Positions 25,859 to 38,675 of a DNA stretch of 64,000 bases are shown here, one piece after another. The position numbers and the translations under genes are program-made. Origin of the DNA: Callorhinchus milii (lineage: Eukaryota); NCBI RefSeq assembly GCF_018977255.1, contig NW_024704742.1, forward strand, positions 122,762,001-122,826,000, written 5' to 3'. The notes beneath the pieces are model-generated. The model saw only the letters and a list, made by a program, of their open reading frames with translations. It did not search any database and had not been told where the DNA came from. Position 1 is the stretch's first letter. Each line of letters opens with the position of its first letter.

Positions 25859-27029
25859 TGTTAAACAATGTTTAACAACCGTGTTTCATGCAGCTTTGAA
25901 CACATAAAGACGAGCCATTTGAAAAGCTGTGAATGTGGGTGTGTTGACCGCAGATATTTGAATACGAAGAAAGGTTGGATGATTAATATATTTACAATTC
26001 AAAATAATTCTGCAATGCTTTTTTACACAAGCATTTGTGGAGACCAATCCAAAGTAGATGATAATGTCTTGCAGAAAAGCCAGATGAATTATTAAAGAAT
26101 GTGAGGCTGTGGCTGTTGGCTCATGTGCTCACAGCTGCTGAAAGGGAATGGAATTTTAGCTACATGAAAGTTTATGATGTGTTTCTGTGGGTACATTTAC
26201 ACTTTTCTTGCAATGGATGTAACATATGCAAATAAACAAATCAAAAATTCCACCTATTTAAAAGAGCAGAGTACCCCCCAAAGTGACACAAGACCCTGTT
26301 GATCTGGAGCTCCACAAAGTGCAAAGAAACAAAATCAACAAAATTTTACATGTTTATGGTGCAGAGGCAGCCAATCTTTATGGGGGGCAACAAAATACAT
26401 TTTCCTGCTTGAATATTTCTTGATTTACGCCACTTAGACTCACTTGACTAGTGCGAATGTTCGATGGGTTATTTCGTGACAGCCATAGGTTGACCACCAC
26501 TGATACAACGCCTTTCCTGTCGGGTAGTGTTTCAGTAAAATGCTTCCAGAGTGGACTGGGAGCCAGAGTTGAAGGTGGAAATTGGGTGGGGGGGTGTGGT
26601 GGTGCGGGAAGAGGGAAGGTGAGCAAAAACAAAAGTACGGTCAAAAAGAAAGGTTTTAAAACGGGCTTTAAAGGTGATGAGTGAGGAAGTGGGGCGACAC
26701 AGAGGAACTCTGGGATGGAGTTCCAGAGAATTCCGGAGATCACAGAGGTAGGGAAGGGTGGATAGAATCGAACGTGAAAATAAGTTTAAACCCACAAACG
26801 TCTGTCTCAGAAGCGGGAATGCTACCAGTTGAGCCAGACTCACACCCTAAATAATGTGCTAAAAGAAATTGTTACTAGAATAAAATATATTTATAAACCA
26901 AAATATATGATTGTGTCTATATAAATGAGCACAGTCACAGCCTCCTTCCTGCAGAGATTTTCACTTTTTTACTGAGAAATACATGTCACAGCTTGGTAAT
27001 GGGTTAGTGCCTATTTGTATCCAGATATA

Positions 27030-27240
27030 TCCGACAAACAGCCATGAAGTGAATGACCAATTTTATTTTGAGTTTTCTTGGCCAGGATAATGAGAGAATC
27101 TCTATTCTCTTTTCAAGACGCCTTCAGCATTCCCCTGAACAGACAGATAGTGTAGTGTCAGCCTAGGCTTTGTGAGTTCAGAGGCCCGACTTGGGGCTTG
27201 AATCCACAGCTTTCTGACTCAGAGGCGAGATAGGCTGAGA
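27030..27240 (-). mobile_element. Old Deu-domain SINE, internally deleted
   Basis: Head ctcgcctctgagtcagaaagctgtggattcaagccc. Confidence 0.65.
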
Positions 27241-30200
27241 TTGCAATGGTTAGAAATGGCTACGTGCAAATAACAACAGGAAAAAGTATAATAAATGTTT
27301 TAATCAGAAAAAAAGCTGTGTGTATGGGCATAGACCAAGCTCTATCAGTCTGAGAGAGGAGGAGACCAATGATTAATCAAAATCATTCACATCAAAAGGG
27401 TGGGTAGTATGTACCCGCCAGGATAAATACTGCACATAGCTGCTAGCATACCTCTGAAAATTTTAGTCAGTAGTTTTATAGAATAACATACTTGTTAATA
27501 TACTCACGTAGTCTAACCTGATGCTCTAATACAGTGTTGAGGAGATGTTGCATTGTCAGAGTTGCTGTCTTTCAGATGAGATGTTAAACCAATGTCAGCA
27601 GCTACAACAATGCAGCTTACCTCCAGGACAGCAATAGAGTGTCAGCTGTGCTTCTATAATAATAATAAAAATATTAATAAGAATCCTTGCACTTGATATA
27701 GCACCTTATCACATTGTTGAGTCATTTCAAAGCGCTTCACGGAATATACTGTAAAGTGCAGTGACTGTGTGTTTTGTGGGCGAAACATCCCGATAAGGTG
27801 CTTGAACCCACAAACGTCTGACTACCAACTGAGCCAGGCTGAAATAGTACACTCTAAAGTGTAGTAACTATGTATTTGTTAGCATATTATACCCTGTATT
27901 GTTCATGGTTCAATGGAACACACTAAGATTTGCCACTTGGTTAGATATCAGAAGCCTGCTGGTTGCTCTGGAAGTGCATGAGTCACTCAGTTCGGGAAAG
28001 AAAGTGTATGATATGAAGTGGCTGCAAATCAGTTAATACCAGTTCATTAAGTTCAGTAATCTCAGCCCTTGCCTTGTCTTTTTCTTTTCCCCGTTTTTCT
28101 CTTTCACTTCTGCCTTTACTTTTCTATTGCTGGTAAATCTATTTCTCTGGTGCGGGAATTCAGAACATGGGGGCATAAGTGTAAAATTACACCTAGGCCA
28201 TTTAGGAGTGAAATTAGGAGGCAGTTTCAGTGGAAGGCCAGGGGAAATCTGGAAATCGCTTGTTTCATCCATTACTCATGTTTTTATGTGTTTTGGAACA
28301 GTTTTCCAAATATTGTTAAAAGGGAAGTGAAATCAGAGTTGCATTGTGTCTCACATGTTAGAACACAATCAAGTCGAAAACCAGAAGAAACTTGTTACTG
28401 ATGTTTAACACATGAAAAGCACAACTAAAACCCCCACCCTTCTCCTAATCCCCAACTCAATAAACACATGACAATTACCTAATATTGGAGACAGCAGGCA
28501 ACATGCCTACTCATGTTCCCCATTCTAACCCTTTCTATTACTTCTCCCATCGGGAGACCTGCTTCATGGTTATCAGCACCCACTTCCACTCTAGTGTCTT
28601 GAAACTATCCAAACACAATAACTTACATTTATATTGCTCCCTCCCTTCACCCACAAAAATATACAGTCAAATCCGCTTTACAGTGTATTCTGTGGAGGGC
28701 TTTGAGACATCTCAATGACATGATAAGGTGCCATTTCAAATGCAAGAATTATTATTATTATGGGGTAGCGTTGTGGACCTCTGAAATACCTTAGTGAGTT
28801 ACTGTAAAACTAAATATTTTCGAACTTATTTCTGGAAAGCCAGTGAACCTAAAGATACAGTTCTGTTTTATTTCCTTTATGGACGATAAATCTTTTCTTT
28901 TTAAGTTATTTTCTATTCTTTTCCAATCCACCCACCGTTCCCTCTCAACAGGAGAAACCAGTGACCCGCTCCCAGGTCTCTGTGTCGAGCGTTAAGGATG
29001 TTATCCTGTGAAGGCACTACATAAATACAAGTTGTTGTTCTTTTTGTTTGAAGATATGGAAAAGTGGCTTCTTAGGAATAAAGACTGTCTCTTCAGTTCT
29101 TTCCCTCCACTTCCTTATGTTTGCGTGTTATGGAGACTACCTGGCACATTCATACCATGATATTCCCTCTCACTCACCCTCTCTCTCCTCTATATCTTTA
29201 AGTCCTATCTTTTTGACAGTGCTTCCTGTGGTCTTTTTTTCCTGCCACCCTCCTCAGATCTCCCCACCAGTCAGCTTGAGTGCCAAGTCAACTGTGTGAA
29301 GCAGTTTGAGACATCCTTCCGAAGTGAAAGCTGCTACACAAATATAAATTGTTGTTGATATTGTGTGCCTAGTGTATGAGTAACCATAGGTGGGAAAATA
29401 AATTGTATCACACCACCCGTGAAAGAGAGATATCTGTTAACAATCCAATGTAATAGACCCAGTGAGTCCAGGTTAACAAGTACAGACTCTTTCTTGATAA
29501 ACTTGGAGCAGCGAGTCATGTGAACTTTGTGTTATCTAGTACATAGCAATCATTGGAAGAACTTACATTTTTATAGCACTTGAAATTTTTTACTGGTTAA
29601 TTGCTAGTTTTGTAAGCAATTATAACAGCCATAGCATTGCAAAACCTTTCCTTTTGGCCTCACTTCTAATCACTTTTCTCCCTCCAAACCCAGCTTGATC
29701 TCTCAGATGTTTCTTTGAAGTGCTTTAAGAAGACATCCTCCCAATGTGAAAGGCGCTATATAAATGTAAACTTCTTGTTGTTTTACAATAGAGTAAGATG
29801 CATGGACCAGCTACATATTCTTTACACATAACAATACTTTAAAATAAATGATAAATAAAACAGTCTCTGTTCTTCTTGGGGAAACATTCGTAGCATCGAG
29901 GTGTGAATGTTGGATCGTTGGCAGATTGACCAACCTTCACATGTGAGTGATCTTTTTTTCCAGTGGTCAGTAAACTTGCTGATCTTAGCAGTAACAGCTT
30001 ATAATGCACAAAATCCCATTTCAACTCACACAGGTCAAAGTCAGTAAACACATTGACTAGAAGAGAACTAGATGCGTTCGCCTGCCAAGGTTGCCAAATT
30101 TGCTTTCAAAATAAACACTCACTATACTCTACAGTCTTATCCCGCAAAGTGCTTTGAGATGTCCTCCTGACATAAAAGGCTTGATTCTGTAATGGGAAGT

Positions 30201-30850
30201 CGATAGGATGGGTTGCTTGGAAGGATGAGATCAAATGGGCCAAAGGCCTTTTTTCATCCAAATCAATCTTGTGATTTTAAGTTGTGTCAGATACCCAGCT
30301 GACCAAAACAATTTGTTTCTGGTATTCTTTGAAACCAAGGAAGGGACTAAGTAGACCTAAAAATGCTGTGTTTTTGATGGTTAGCAGGGTACACTGCAAC
30401 TTGCTGCATGGCAACAGTGGGCCTGTTGAGTTATATAATCCAAGAGAAGCCAACACAGGTGATTGCTGAACCATTCCAAGTTCACAACATTTTTCTGGGC
30501 TGTAATTCAGTATACCAGAGTAATGGATGTTTACTCACTCTCTGCCTGTTTATAAAGAACATTTTTAAGGAGAATAGCCTTCAATCACTTAAATCTTCCA
30601 TCACCTAATGTGACAGCTATCACCTAACATTGTTACTCTGTGATTTGTATTTCAATTTGAGGCTCTGAGTTACCAGCATTTACCTGTGACTCACTAAAAT
30701 CTGTTTTCTATGTGCTGAGAAAGTGAAGGGCATATCCTGTGTAGTATCTTAAGCCAACAATTCAATCATTTTTTCCCATCTATCAAGTGTGATGGATTCA
30801 GATCCCCCAGGTGCCTTTTTCAGCTATTTTTTCTATGATTCTCGAAGGCT

Positions 30851-30852
<2 letters not shown>

Positions 30853-30888
<36 letters not shown>

Positions 30889-31190
30889 CCTTGCATTTGA
30901 TATAGCACTTTTCACGTCGGGAGGACGTCCCAAAGCGCTTCACAGAATATACTGTAAAGTGAATTGACTGTATATTTGTGGGCGAAACGCGGTAGCCAAT
31001 TGCGCACAGCAATGTCCCACAAACAGTCATGGATTGAAAATGACCAATTTATTATTGTTTTGGGTTTTGGAGGGATTATTATTAGGCTCTGTGTGGAGTA
31101 AGGAAACTTGCCCAAGGTTTCGCCCTGCCTGGAATTGAACTCAGGTCTCTCGCTTGCAAAGCGAGTGCTCTAACCACTGAGCTACAGGAC
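30853..31190 (-). mobile_element. Young tRNA-Ala SINE, full short form with long (ATT)n tail
   Basis: Complete head, body, CTCCC-loop stem and long TTA tail. Confidence 0.95.
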
Positions 31191-31418
31191 TTTCTCTCTG
31201 ACCATGCCTTCAGCTCCCCTCTCGACTCTCTACCCCCTCCTCGCTCCCTCCCCTCCCATTTCCCCCCTCCTCTCTCCCTCCCTCCCCCTGACCATTTCCC
31301 CCCTCACCCTGACCATTTCCCCCCAAGGCTGAGTCCTGACCCAACTGTCCAGCGCCTTGGGACGTCCTCCCGACGTGAAAGGCGCTCTATAAATGGAATC
31401 TTGTTGTTGTTGTTGTTG
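31191..31418 (+). mobile_element. Young L2 3'UTR/tail abutting the SINE head
   Basis: cagcgccttgggacgtcctcccgacgtgaaaggcgctctataaatggaatc(ttg)n. Confidence 0.9.
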
Positions 31419-32165
31419 TACTCCCGGGGAAAAGAGGTCTCAACCCAGTAAGACCTGCCTTTACACAGCTCCCCCCCCCCCCCCCACCCCTTCATGTGGG
31501 GTAATACCCCAAAATGTATTTTTTGCTTTGCAGTAAATCTTCATCAATTTCCATTGTAACAGTTAAAGACAGCTTCTATCTTGTAAAGGCAGTGAAGCCC
31601 TGGTGGTGCTTCTCACCCCATTGAGCAAAGAAGGTTTGCGAGATATTAGGAGATATTGTTTTTATCTTTTTGTACAACAGAGCACTAGAAGCCTGGCTGT
31701 GAATTCCTTCTCCTCCCTCCAGGGTGCCTCATTTACATCAATAGATCTTGTTTGGATTAAGTTATAAATGTCAGACTTGGATTGGATATTCTCAAAAACT
31801 CAAATTGTCTGCACATTGAACTCTGGCAGCCAGCATTTTGAGCCCATGTGTCAATTTGCAGGATGACAATCGATAGAGCTCAATAGTTAGTGATTCATAG
31901 CATTCTGAGAAGACTTTATATGACATTCTAGTTTGGCTCATACTGCACTTGCAAGCTCATATTGTCTACTGCCCCGAAATTGCTGTTGGTTTAAATCCTG
32001 TCCTGTGACCTGGCATTAGAGTGCCTTTTCCACATGTTAAAAAGACATTCCCATGTCCCAGAAATTTGCTGTCAGGTCCAGTTGTAATCTTCTGGTTGAT
32101 GAAATTTCTTTTGTGTGGTCCTCCCAAGACATTGTTTTGGCTGCCTCTGGAGATACCCATTGAAC

Positions 32166-33129
32166 TCATTTGGGACTCTCTGAAACCGCGTTTTGGGTGA
32201 TTCTCTCATTGTATTTATACATCTTCCGTTGGGCTGAACGTTTATCGAGCAGAAGTTGACAAATTCCTGTTAAGCTGTTCCAATACAGTTCACTGAGGGT
32301 CAGTAGGTTAATGCACTTCTGAATCCAGAACTGAGGTTTATAGACAGAAAGCTCAAAGGTCAATGAGTTAAGTGATTTGGGGTGGCAGTAGTGATGTTAC
32401 AAATTGTCTTAGTTCAGTGCCCCAGGGATTAGGATAGGATCAAATCAGTAACATATATCCTACTCTTGATTGCTTTTCAATGATACTGTTGACTGTGGTT
32501 GAACATAAATATGTAGATATCTAAACATGGATATCTAGTGAAGACAGGTAGGCTCTATTCTGAGAGGGTTTCACACTCATATAGCTGCTGACACTAACTG
32601 CCTAAACCCACACAAAGAATGGCCACTTGGGCAAGGTATCAGAAGGCAGCTTGTAGAAACTACAAGTTAGTGCTTCGAGGAAAGGAGGAGGAAGTTTGGG
32701 GGAATAAAGATAAGCAGTCATTGTTAGTATGAATGGCAGGTTCAAATATGTTTCTCATCATTGATGTACTGCTTTCAATTCATTTTTCTTAGCGCCAATA
32801 AGCATGCCACTAATGCACAGCCAATCAAACTAAGATTTCAAACGATTGTCACAAAGCCCAGAACAAAAATAGATTGTTGCACTTACACTCAACGCTACAA
32901 CAAAAAGTACATTCTGCTTATTGCTGAACATATATTGCAAATCCATATACCACTCACCTCCTCGGGGTTGGTATTCAAATATATGACGGAGAGAAAACAC
33001 CTCTCTCAAGACCTCAGTGGAAAACATAAAAGAGAATATTAGACTCGTCAAAACAAGTGCAATGATAACCACAGAAACATCCACCCTGAGCGTGTTGATG
33101 CTAATATTTCCCTGAGCAACATCACACAT
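32166..33129 (-). CDS. Speculative two-exon 90-aa single-pass membrane microprotein (33129-32958 + 32266-32166)
   Basis: Strong donor GAG|GTGAGT at 32958/32957, phase-compatible but weak acceptor, hydrophobic VSVVIIALVLTSLIFSFMF; no family recognised. Confidence 0.15.
32290..32695 (+). mobile_element. Unnamed old SINE-like element
   Basis: Collinear with 10925-11305 (gatgttacaa..., gtgaagacagg, gaggtatcaga/aaggtatcaga). Confidence 0.6.
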
Positions 33130-33219
33130 AGGTCAGGCCACAAAAAACTTCAACATAAGCAATTTCTCTGTGTCGTCTGAATATAAACTATACAGTATTT
33201 CTAACATCTGGGGGAGCAA

Positions 33220-33580
33220 TTCCACCTCAAAGCATTTCTCAGGATAAATTGTGAAGTGGATTGAGTATGTATTTTGTGGGCGAAACGCGGCAGCCAGTTG
33301 CACACAGCAATGTCCCACAAACAGCCATGGAGTGAGTGACCAATGTTTTATTTGGGAATTGTTGGCCAGGACACAGAGAGAAACGCCTTTCTCTTATCGA
33401 AAAGTTCCATGGGATCTTTAATATCTATCTTAACAGGCAGATGGGACCTCAGTTTAATGTCTCATCCGAAGGACAGCACCTCTGACAATGCAACACACAA
33501 CCAGAACTGCTTAGACTATGTGATTCAGGGCCCAACGTGGAGCTTGAACCCACAACCTTCTGACTCAGAAGCTGAAACAC
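33220..33580 (-). mobile_element. Deu-domain SINE (SacSINE1-like)
   Basis: ccttcggatgagacattaaactgaggtccc...aaagatcccatgg...gtgtcctggccaac. Confidence 0.85.
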
Positions 33581-34003
33581 AACACACTTGATCAAAGGGC
33601 CTCTGCAGAAGACTAAATTGGTCTTCACAAGATGCCCCAAATGCTCAATTCAATTGTGATGGATGGCAGAGGATTACATGCAATGCGCTCATTGTACTTA
33701 GAGGACTAATAAATATTTATTATACATTTCCGTCCTTATTTCAAGTTCACTTAACTTATTGATTTTATACGCCTACAAAATACTCATTACGCTTTACAAT
33801 AAGTACTGTGGTGCACTTTGAGAGGCCCTCTGGTCGTGAAAGGCATTATATCAAATGCAAGGATTATTATTATTATTATTATTGACTGCAAACATCTTAT
33901 TTTCCTCTAGTACAGAAGGGTGCATTTAGCTTATTCAAGGGCACTGAATTGAACCAATTTAACATGTAATTTACAACCCTTACGTGGTGTGACAAATAGC
34001 ACC

Positions 34004-34356
34004 ACTATAGAAGAATTAGAGGGGATCTTATAGAAACCTATAAACTCATCAAAGGGCATGATAGAGTAGATAGTTGCAGATTGTTTCCCCTGATTGGAGA
34101 AACTAAAACCAGGAGTCACAACCTTAAAATCAGAGACAGCCCTTTCACACTGAGTTGAGGAAGAACTTCTTCACTCAAAGGGTGGTGAATGTATGGAACT
34201 CACTACCCCAAAGGGCTGTTGACGCTCAGTCCTTGAACATATTCAAGACTGAGATAGATAAATTTCTTATTGCAAAAGGGATTAAGGGATATGGGGATAA
34301 GGCAGGGTCAGGTTATTAGCTGGAGTTAGATTAGAAGATCAGCCATGATTGAATGG
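34004..34356 (+). mobile_element. CR1 LINE 3' fragment
   Basis: RRIRGDLIETYK..., RKNFFTQRVVNVWNSLP, gatcagccatgattgaatgg. Confidence 0.85.
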
Positions 34357-34623
34357 ATGGATACATCTGTCATATGAATCAGTTTACTTTTCAAGATCTA
34401 TATAAAATAATACCCGCTACAGAATGTTTTATTACAAACTGGAGGAAGATCATTCATAATTCAAATAGAACATCATTATTACTCAATTTACATTTATATT
34501 AAATGTAAAATGTATGTAATACTGTGTTTACATAGATATTGAATAAAACAGCTGATATTATGTACAAATAGCCTTCAGAGCTCTGTTGCATATTGAAGTT
34601 TAGGTGAAACGGCAAATTCTGTT

Positions 34624-35318
34624 ACAATAATCCTCCCGTGTGATATAGAACTTTATTACATCTTTGAGACGTCTCAAAGCGCTTCACAGAATATATTGCA
34701 AAGTGAATTGACTGTATATTTTGGGGGCCCACCATGGCAACCAATTCCGTACAGAACAGTCGTGGATTGAGTGACCAATTTTTTTTAAATTTTTTTGAAG
34801 GGATCATTACATCGTGGATCATCGTGGAGTCCTGTAGCTCAGTGGTTAGAGCACTCGCTTTGCAAGTGAGAGACCTGAGTTCAATTCCAGGCAGGGCGAA
34901 ACCTTGGGCAAGTTTCCTTACTCCACATGCCTAATAATAATCCCTCCAAAACGAAAAACAATAATAAATTGGTCATTTTCAATCTACGACTGTTTGTGGG
35001 ACATTGCTGTGCGCAATTGGCTGCCGCGTTCGCCCACAAATATACAGTCAATTCACTTTACAGTGTGTTCTGTGAAGCGCTTTGGGACGTCATCCCGATG
35101 TGAAAAGCACTATATCAAATGCAAGGATTATTATTATTATTATTACCCCCGGAAAAGCAATTCACCAATTGCCTGTCAACTGGGTTCCTACTTACTGCTG
35201 GGTAAACAGAGGCATGTGGAGTAAGGAAACTTGCCTAACCTTTCACCCCACCCGGGAAACAAACCAAGGGCCTCTTGCTTGCGCAATGAGTGCTCTAACC
35301 AATACTCTACAGGACTCC
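34624..35318 (-). mobile_element. Long-form SINE split by a nested opposite-strand short-form SINE
   Basis: Head and central segment at 35318-35146, remainder at 34810-34624. Confidence 0.85.
34826..35145 (+). mobile_element. Young tRNA-Ala SINE, full short form (nested)
   Basis: Complete head to (ATT)n tail. Confidence 0.95.
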
Positions 35319-38310
35319 ACAATAATAATACATTCAAAATCTGTGGATTTAACAGATAATCTATAACATTACGAACTTCCATATACATGTCTATTTCTGC
35401 TACACGTAATAATAACAATAATCCTTGCATTTGATATAGAGTTGTTGAGATGTCTCAAAGCTCTTCACCAAATATATTGCAAAGTGAATTGACTCTATAT
35501 TTTGTCACAAATGGTCATGAATTAAGTGACCAAATTATTTTTTGAAGTGATTATTACCCACTGAAAGCGATCCGCTAAGCATAAGGAAATCTGCCTAACC
35601 ATCAGGTATAAAAATAGAGTTCAGTCAGGAGCAGTGAGGCTCAGATCCAACGACACAGATTAGCATCAAGCACTGAGAGAAAGTACAGTGACAAGTGAGG
35701 CAACATGCAAAAACAAGCCAACAAAATGCATGTTAAAAAAACAACAGCTCCACTTTCTCAGGGCCTTTCTCTGCACTCTGAAATGAACTGTACCTTTTAA
35801 CTAATTTTCCTACCTCTCCCTGGCATCATTGGCCTCATTGACGTGTGCAAGTGTTGGGTGTCACCCCTTCCCAAATGGAAGGGCCGGAGGAAACTGCATG
35901 TCAAAGAGATAATGTTAAGAAAGTATTGCATTTACTGCCTCCACCCTTCAGGTCAAACCTGAGTGCCTGAAAGGAAGAGGTTTAGCATACAAAAAAACAT
36001 TAGGAGAAAATAACGCATTAAAGCAAGTAACAGTTTAAAACCTTCACAAGAAAGTATTATTTGGTCCACACAGCACAAATTCTCCAGAATGTTTTTTTTC
36101 GGGCTGGAAAATGTAATCTGTAATATGACTATGACAGTGTGGGATATTTTACAGCTGAAGTCTTCGCTGTGCCCTACACCTTCTCTGTGCCCCTATTGCC
36201 CTCCATCACCCCAACTTTTTTCAAATGTTTTTCCCCAAATGCCACTTGCTATAGCTATTGAGGCTCCCAGACAAGATAGTTGTGCAGGCCTGAGATGAGA
36301 TAGTCATGTAGGCCTCAAAGGAGTTGTGTTGTTTTTATTTGTTGGCTTGTGTTTCATTAAAAGGCTATTAGATAATTTGATCATCCTTATAATAATCTTT
36401 AGTTGAAGACTATACAGATGTGGAGGGTTTTGATCAACCGTTTACCTCTTTCAAGCACTGGGAAAGGTCTCATGCAAAGGATCCCCTCTCACTGAAGGCT
36501 GAGTGGTAGCAGTATGGTTTGGGGAGATTGCACACCCCATGTGTGAAACAGGCAAGCTTTAGGAGTAGAAAGGACAGGGAGATTTCAACTCTCTGTTCCT
36601 AATGTGGTGAACCAAGCCCTACTGCTAGCATCTCCAACCATGGAGGTGAACTTTACAGGATGCAAGTGTAAGGTAAATGCTGCATTTTTTTCGGTAAGAA
36701 CACTTTGAGTGGAATTAATGCCACTTCATGTTTTATCAAAATGGGTTGAACATAGCAATAAATGTTTGGTGCCTGAGAGCTGAACTTACAAACTTGCCCT
36801 ATCACAGTACTTATAATAATCCTTGCATTTGATATAGCGCCTTATCACGTCTTGCATTGATTGAATTGATTTTATTTTATCATAGAATCTGCACACATAA
36901 TGTGCGTGTTTAAACCTCACTGATCACTTATATGCCAGGAGTTATTGTAAGGTGATAAACACACTGTTTTCAACACTATGTCGTCTATTGCAGTTAGTAG
37001 ACCTGATGTTATCTGAATATTTGTACATCCTCCTGAACAAACACTCAGGAAAGTTTGCACTTAGGCAACTACAGGTAACTAATTATCCCTCAAGAAATAC
37101 ATTTTTTAAAACAATTAAAAAAATAAAAATAAAATAATAATTTGGTCACTCAATCCATGACTGTTTGTGGGACCCTACTGTGCACAATTGGCTGTGCGTT
37201 TCGCCCAAAAATTAAAAACATTTTTAAGAAAAGCTTGAAGCTATGATGGGAAGACTGCAGGATGGGTATTCTTTACAGGATATACTATAAAGTGGATTGA
37301 CTATGTATTTGGTGAGCACATTTCACCCACATAATCCCTTTTACAGTATATCCTGTGAAGCACTTTGAGATAGTTCAACAATGTGATGGCACTATATAAA
37401 ATGCAAAGATTATTATTATTATTATTATGGCAGGATGATATAAATGGGCTGAAGGACCTTCTTCAACTGAACCAATCTTGTGACCTTGTGACACTTATTC
37501 TCTATTCATTAGTAGCCTTACTTACCAAGTATCTATTTATCTCTCATGAATGCCACAATTGACTCTCCATCTATGGCTTTCTGAGGCAATCGATTCCATA
37601 TTTTCACAACTACATAAAGAATATTTTTCTAACTTGGATCCAATTTCGAGGTGTTATCCCCGTGTCCTAGATTCCCTGAATAGAATGTGTTGCACTCTGC
37701 CCCAATACATAACACTGTGTGTTATAGATTCCCTCATGCAGGCTGTCAGCAGTGAATTTACTATACACAAACATATTAAGTGAATTCTGACTAACAATGT
37801 TTAATGCCTGCATATTGTTTCAAAGCAATAATTGCTCTTTATATTTCGGCTACAGTTGCTGACAAAGTGCTACCATATCAGACAATCAATATGACTGTGA
37901 AAAAGTAGCTGTGACAGCTCATCTGTTAACAGCCATTACTTCTATTTTGCTTGTCGTGTCTTTCAGTAAATTCAAGCAACTGGCACCCCATACAATCACC
38001 TCTTTGACTTCCATCATTGTGGCACTGAGTTTCCCATGGGATTTGCTATACTGTACAGGAAAGGTTGAATGGTAGTTTATGTCATTACATAATCAGAAGA
38101 AAAGTGCACATTTAATAGCAAACTGCTCCATCTGGCCAAGCAAAATAATAGAAATCATTTAGCAGCTGTTGAACTTTTGAAAATAAGCAACTTATAGCGT
38201 GCATTTCTTTTTCCCCCTAATCACCTTCCTTCTTCAAGGTGCTGATATTTGCTGGCTCTCTCCAATAACTTGTATTACAGCATCAGGGAGGCTCCTTTGG
38301 CAGCACCAAA

Positions 38311-38675
38311 GGAGTTTCGTAGCTTAGTGGTTAGTGCGCTCGGCTCGCAAGCAAGAAGACCCAGGTTTGATTCCTGGGAGAGGCAAAACCTTGGGCAAGT
38401 CTCCTTACTCCACATGTCTATGTTTACTTAGCAGTAAATAGGAACCTGGTTGTTAGTCGATTGGCTGATCACTTTCCGGGGGAATTTTAACCAATTAAAA
38501 AAAAATTTACTCAATCCACGACTTTTGTGGGACACTGCTGTGCGTAATTAGCTACCGCGTTTCTCCCACAAAATATATGGTCAATTTAATTTACAGTATA
38601 TTCTGTGAAGCGCTTTGAGACGTTTCAACAACATGATATGGTGCTATACCAAATGCAAGAATTATTATTATTATT
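38311..38675 (+). mobile_element. tRNA-Ala SINE, long form
   Basis: Central segment atgtttacttagcagtaaataggaacctgg; CGC at the anticodon position. Confidence 0.9.

Noticed and set aside
29839..30082. Minus-strand ORF ...ELKWDFVHYKLLLLRS...
   Set aside because: No recognisable family, weak acceptor, phase incompatible with the 32958 donor
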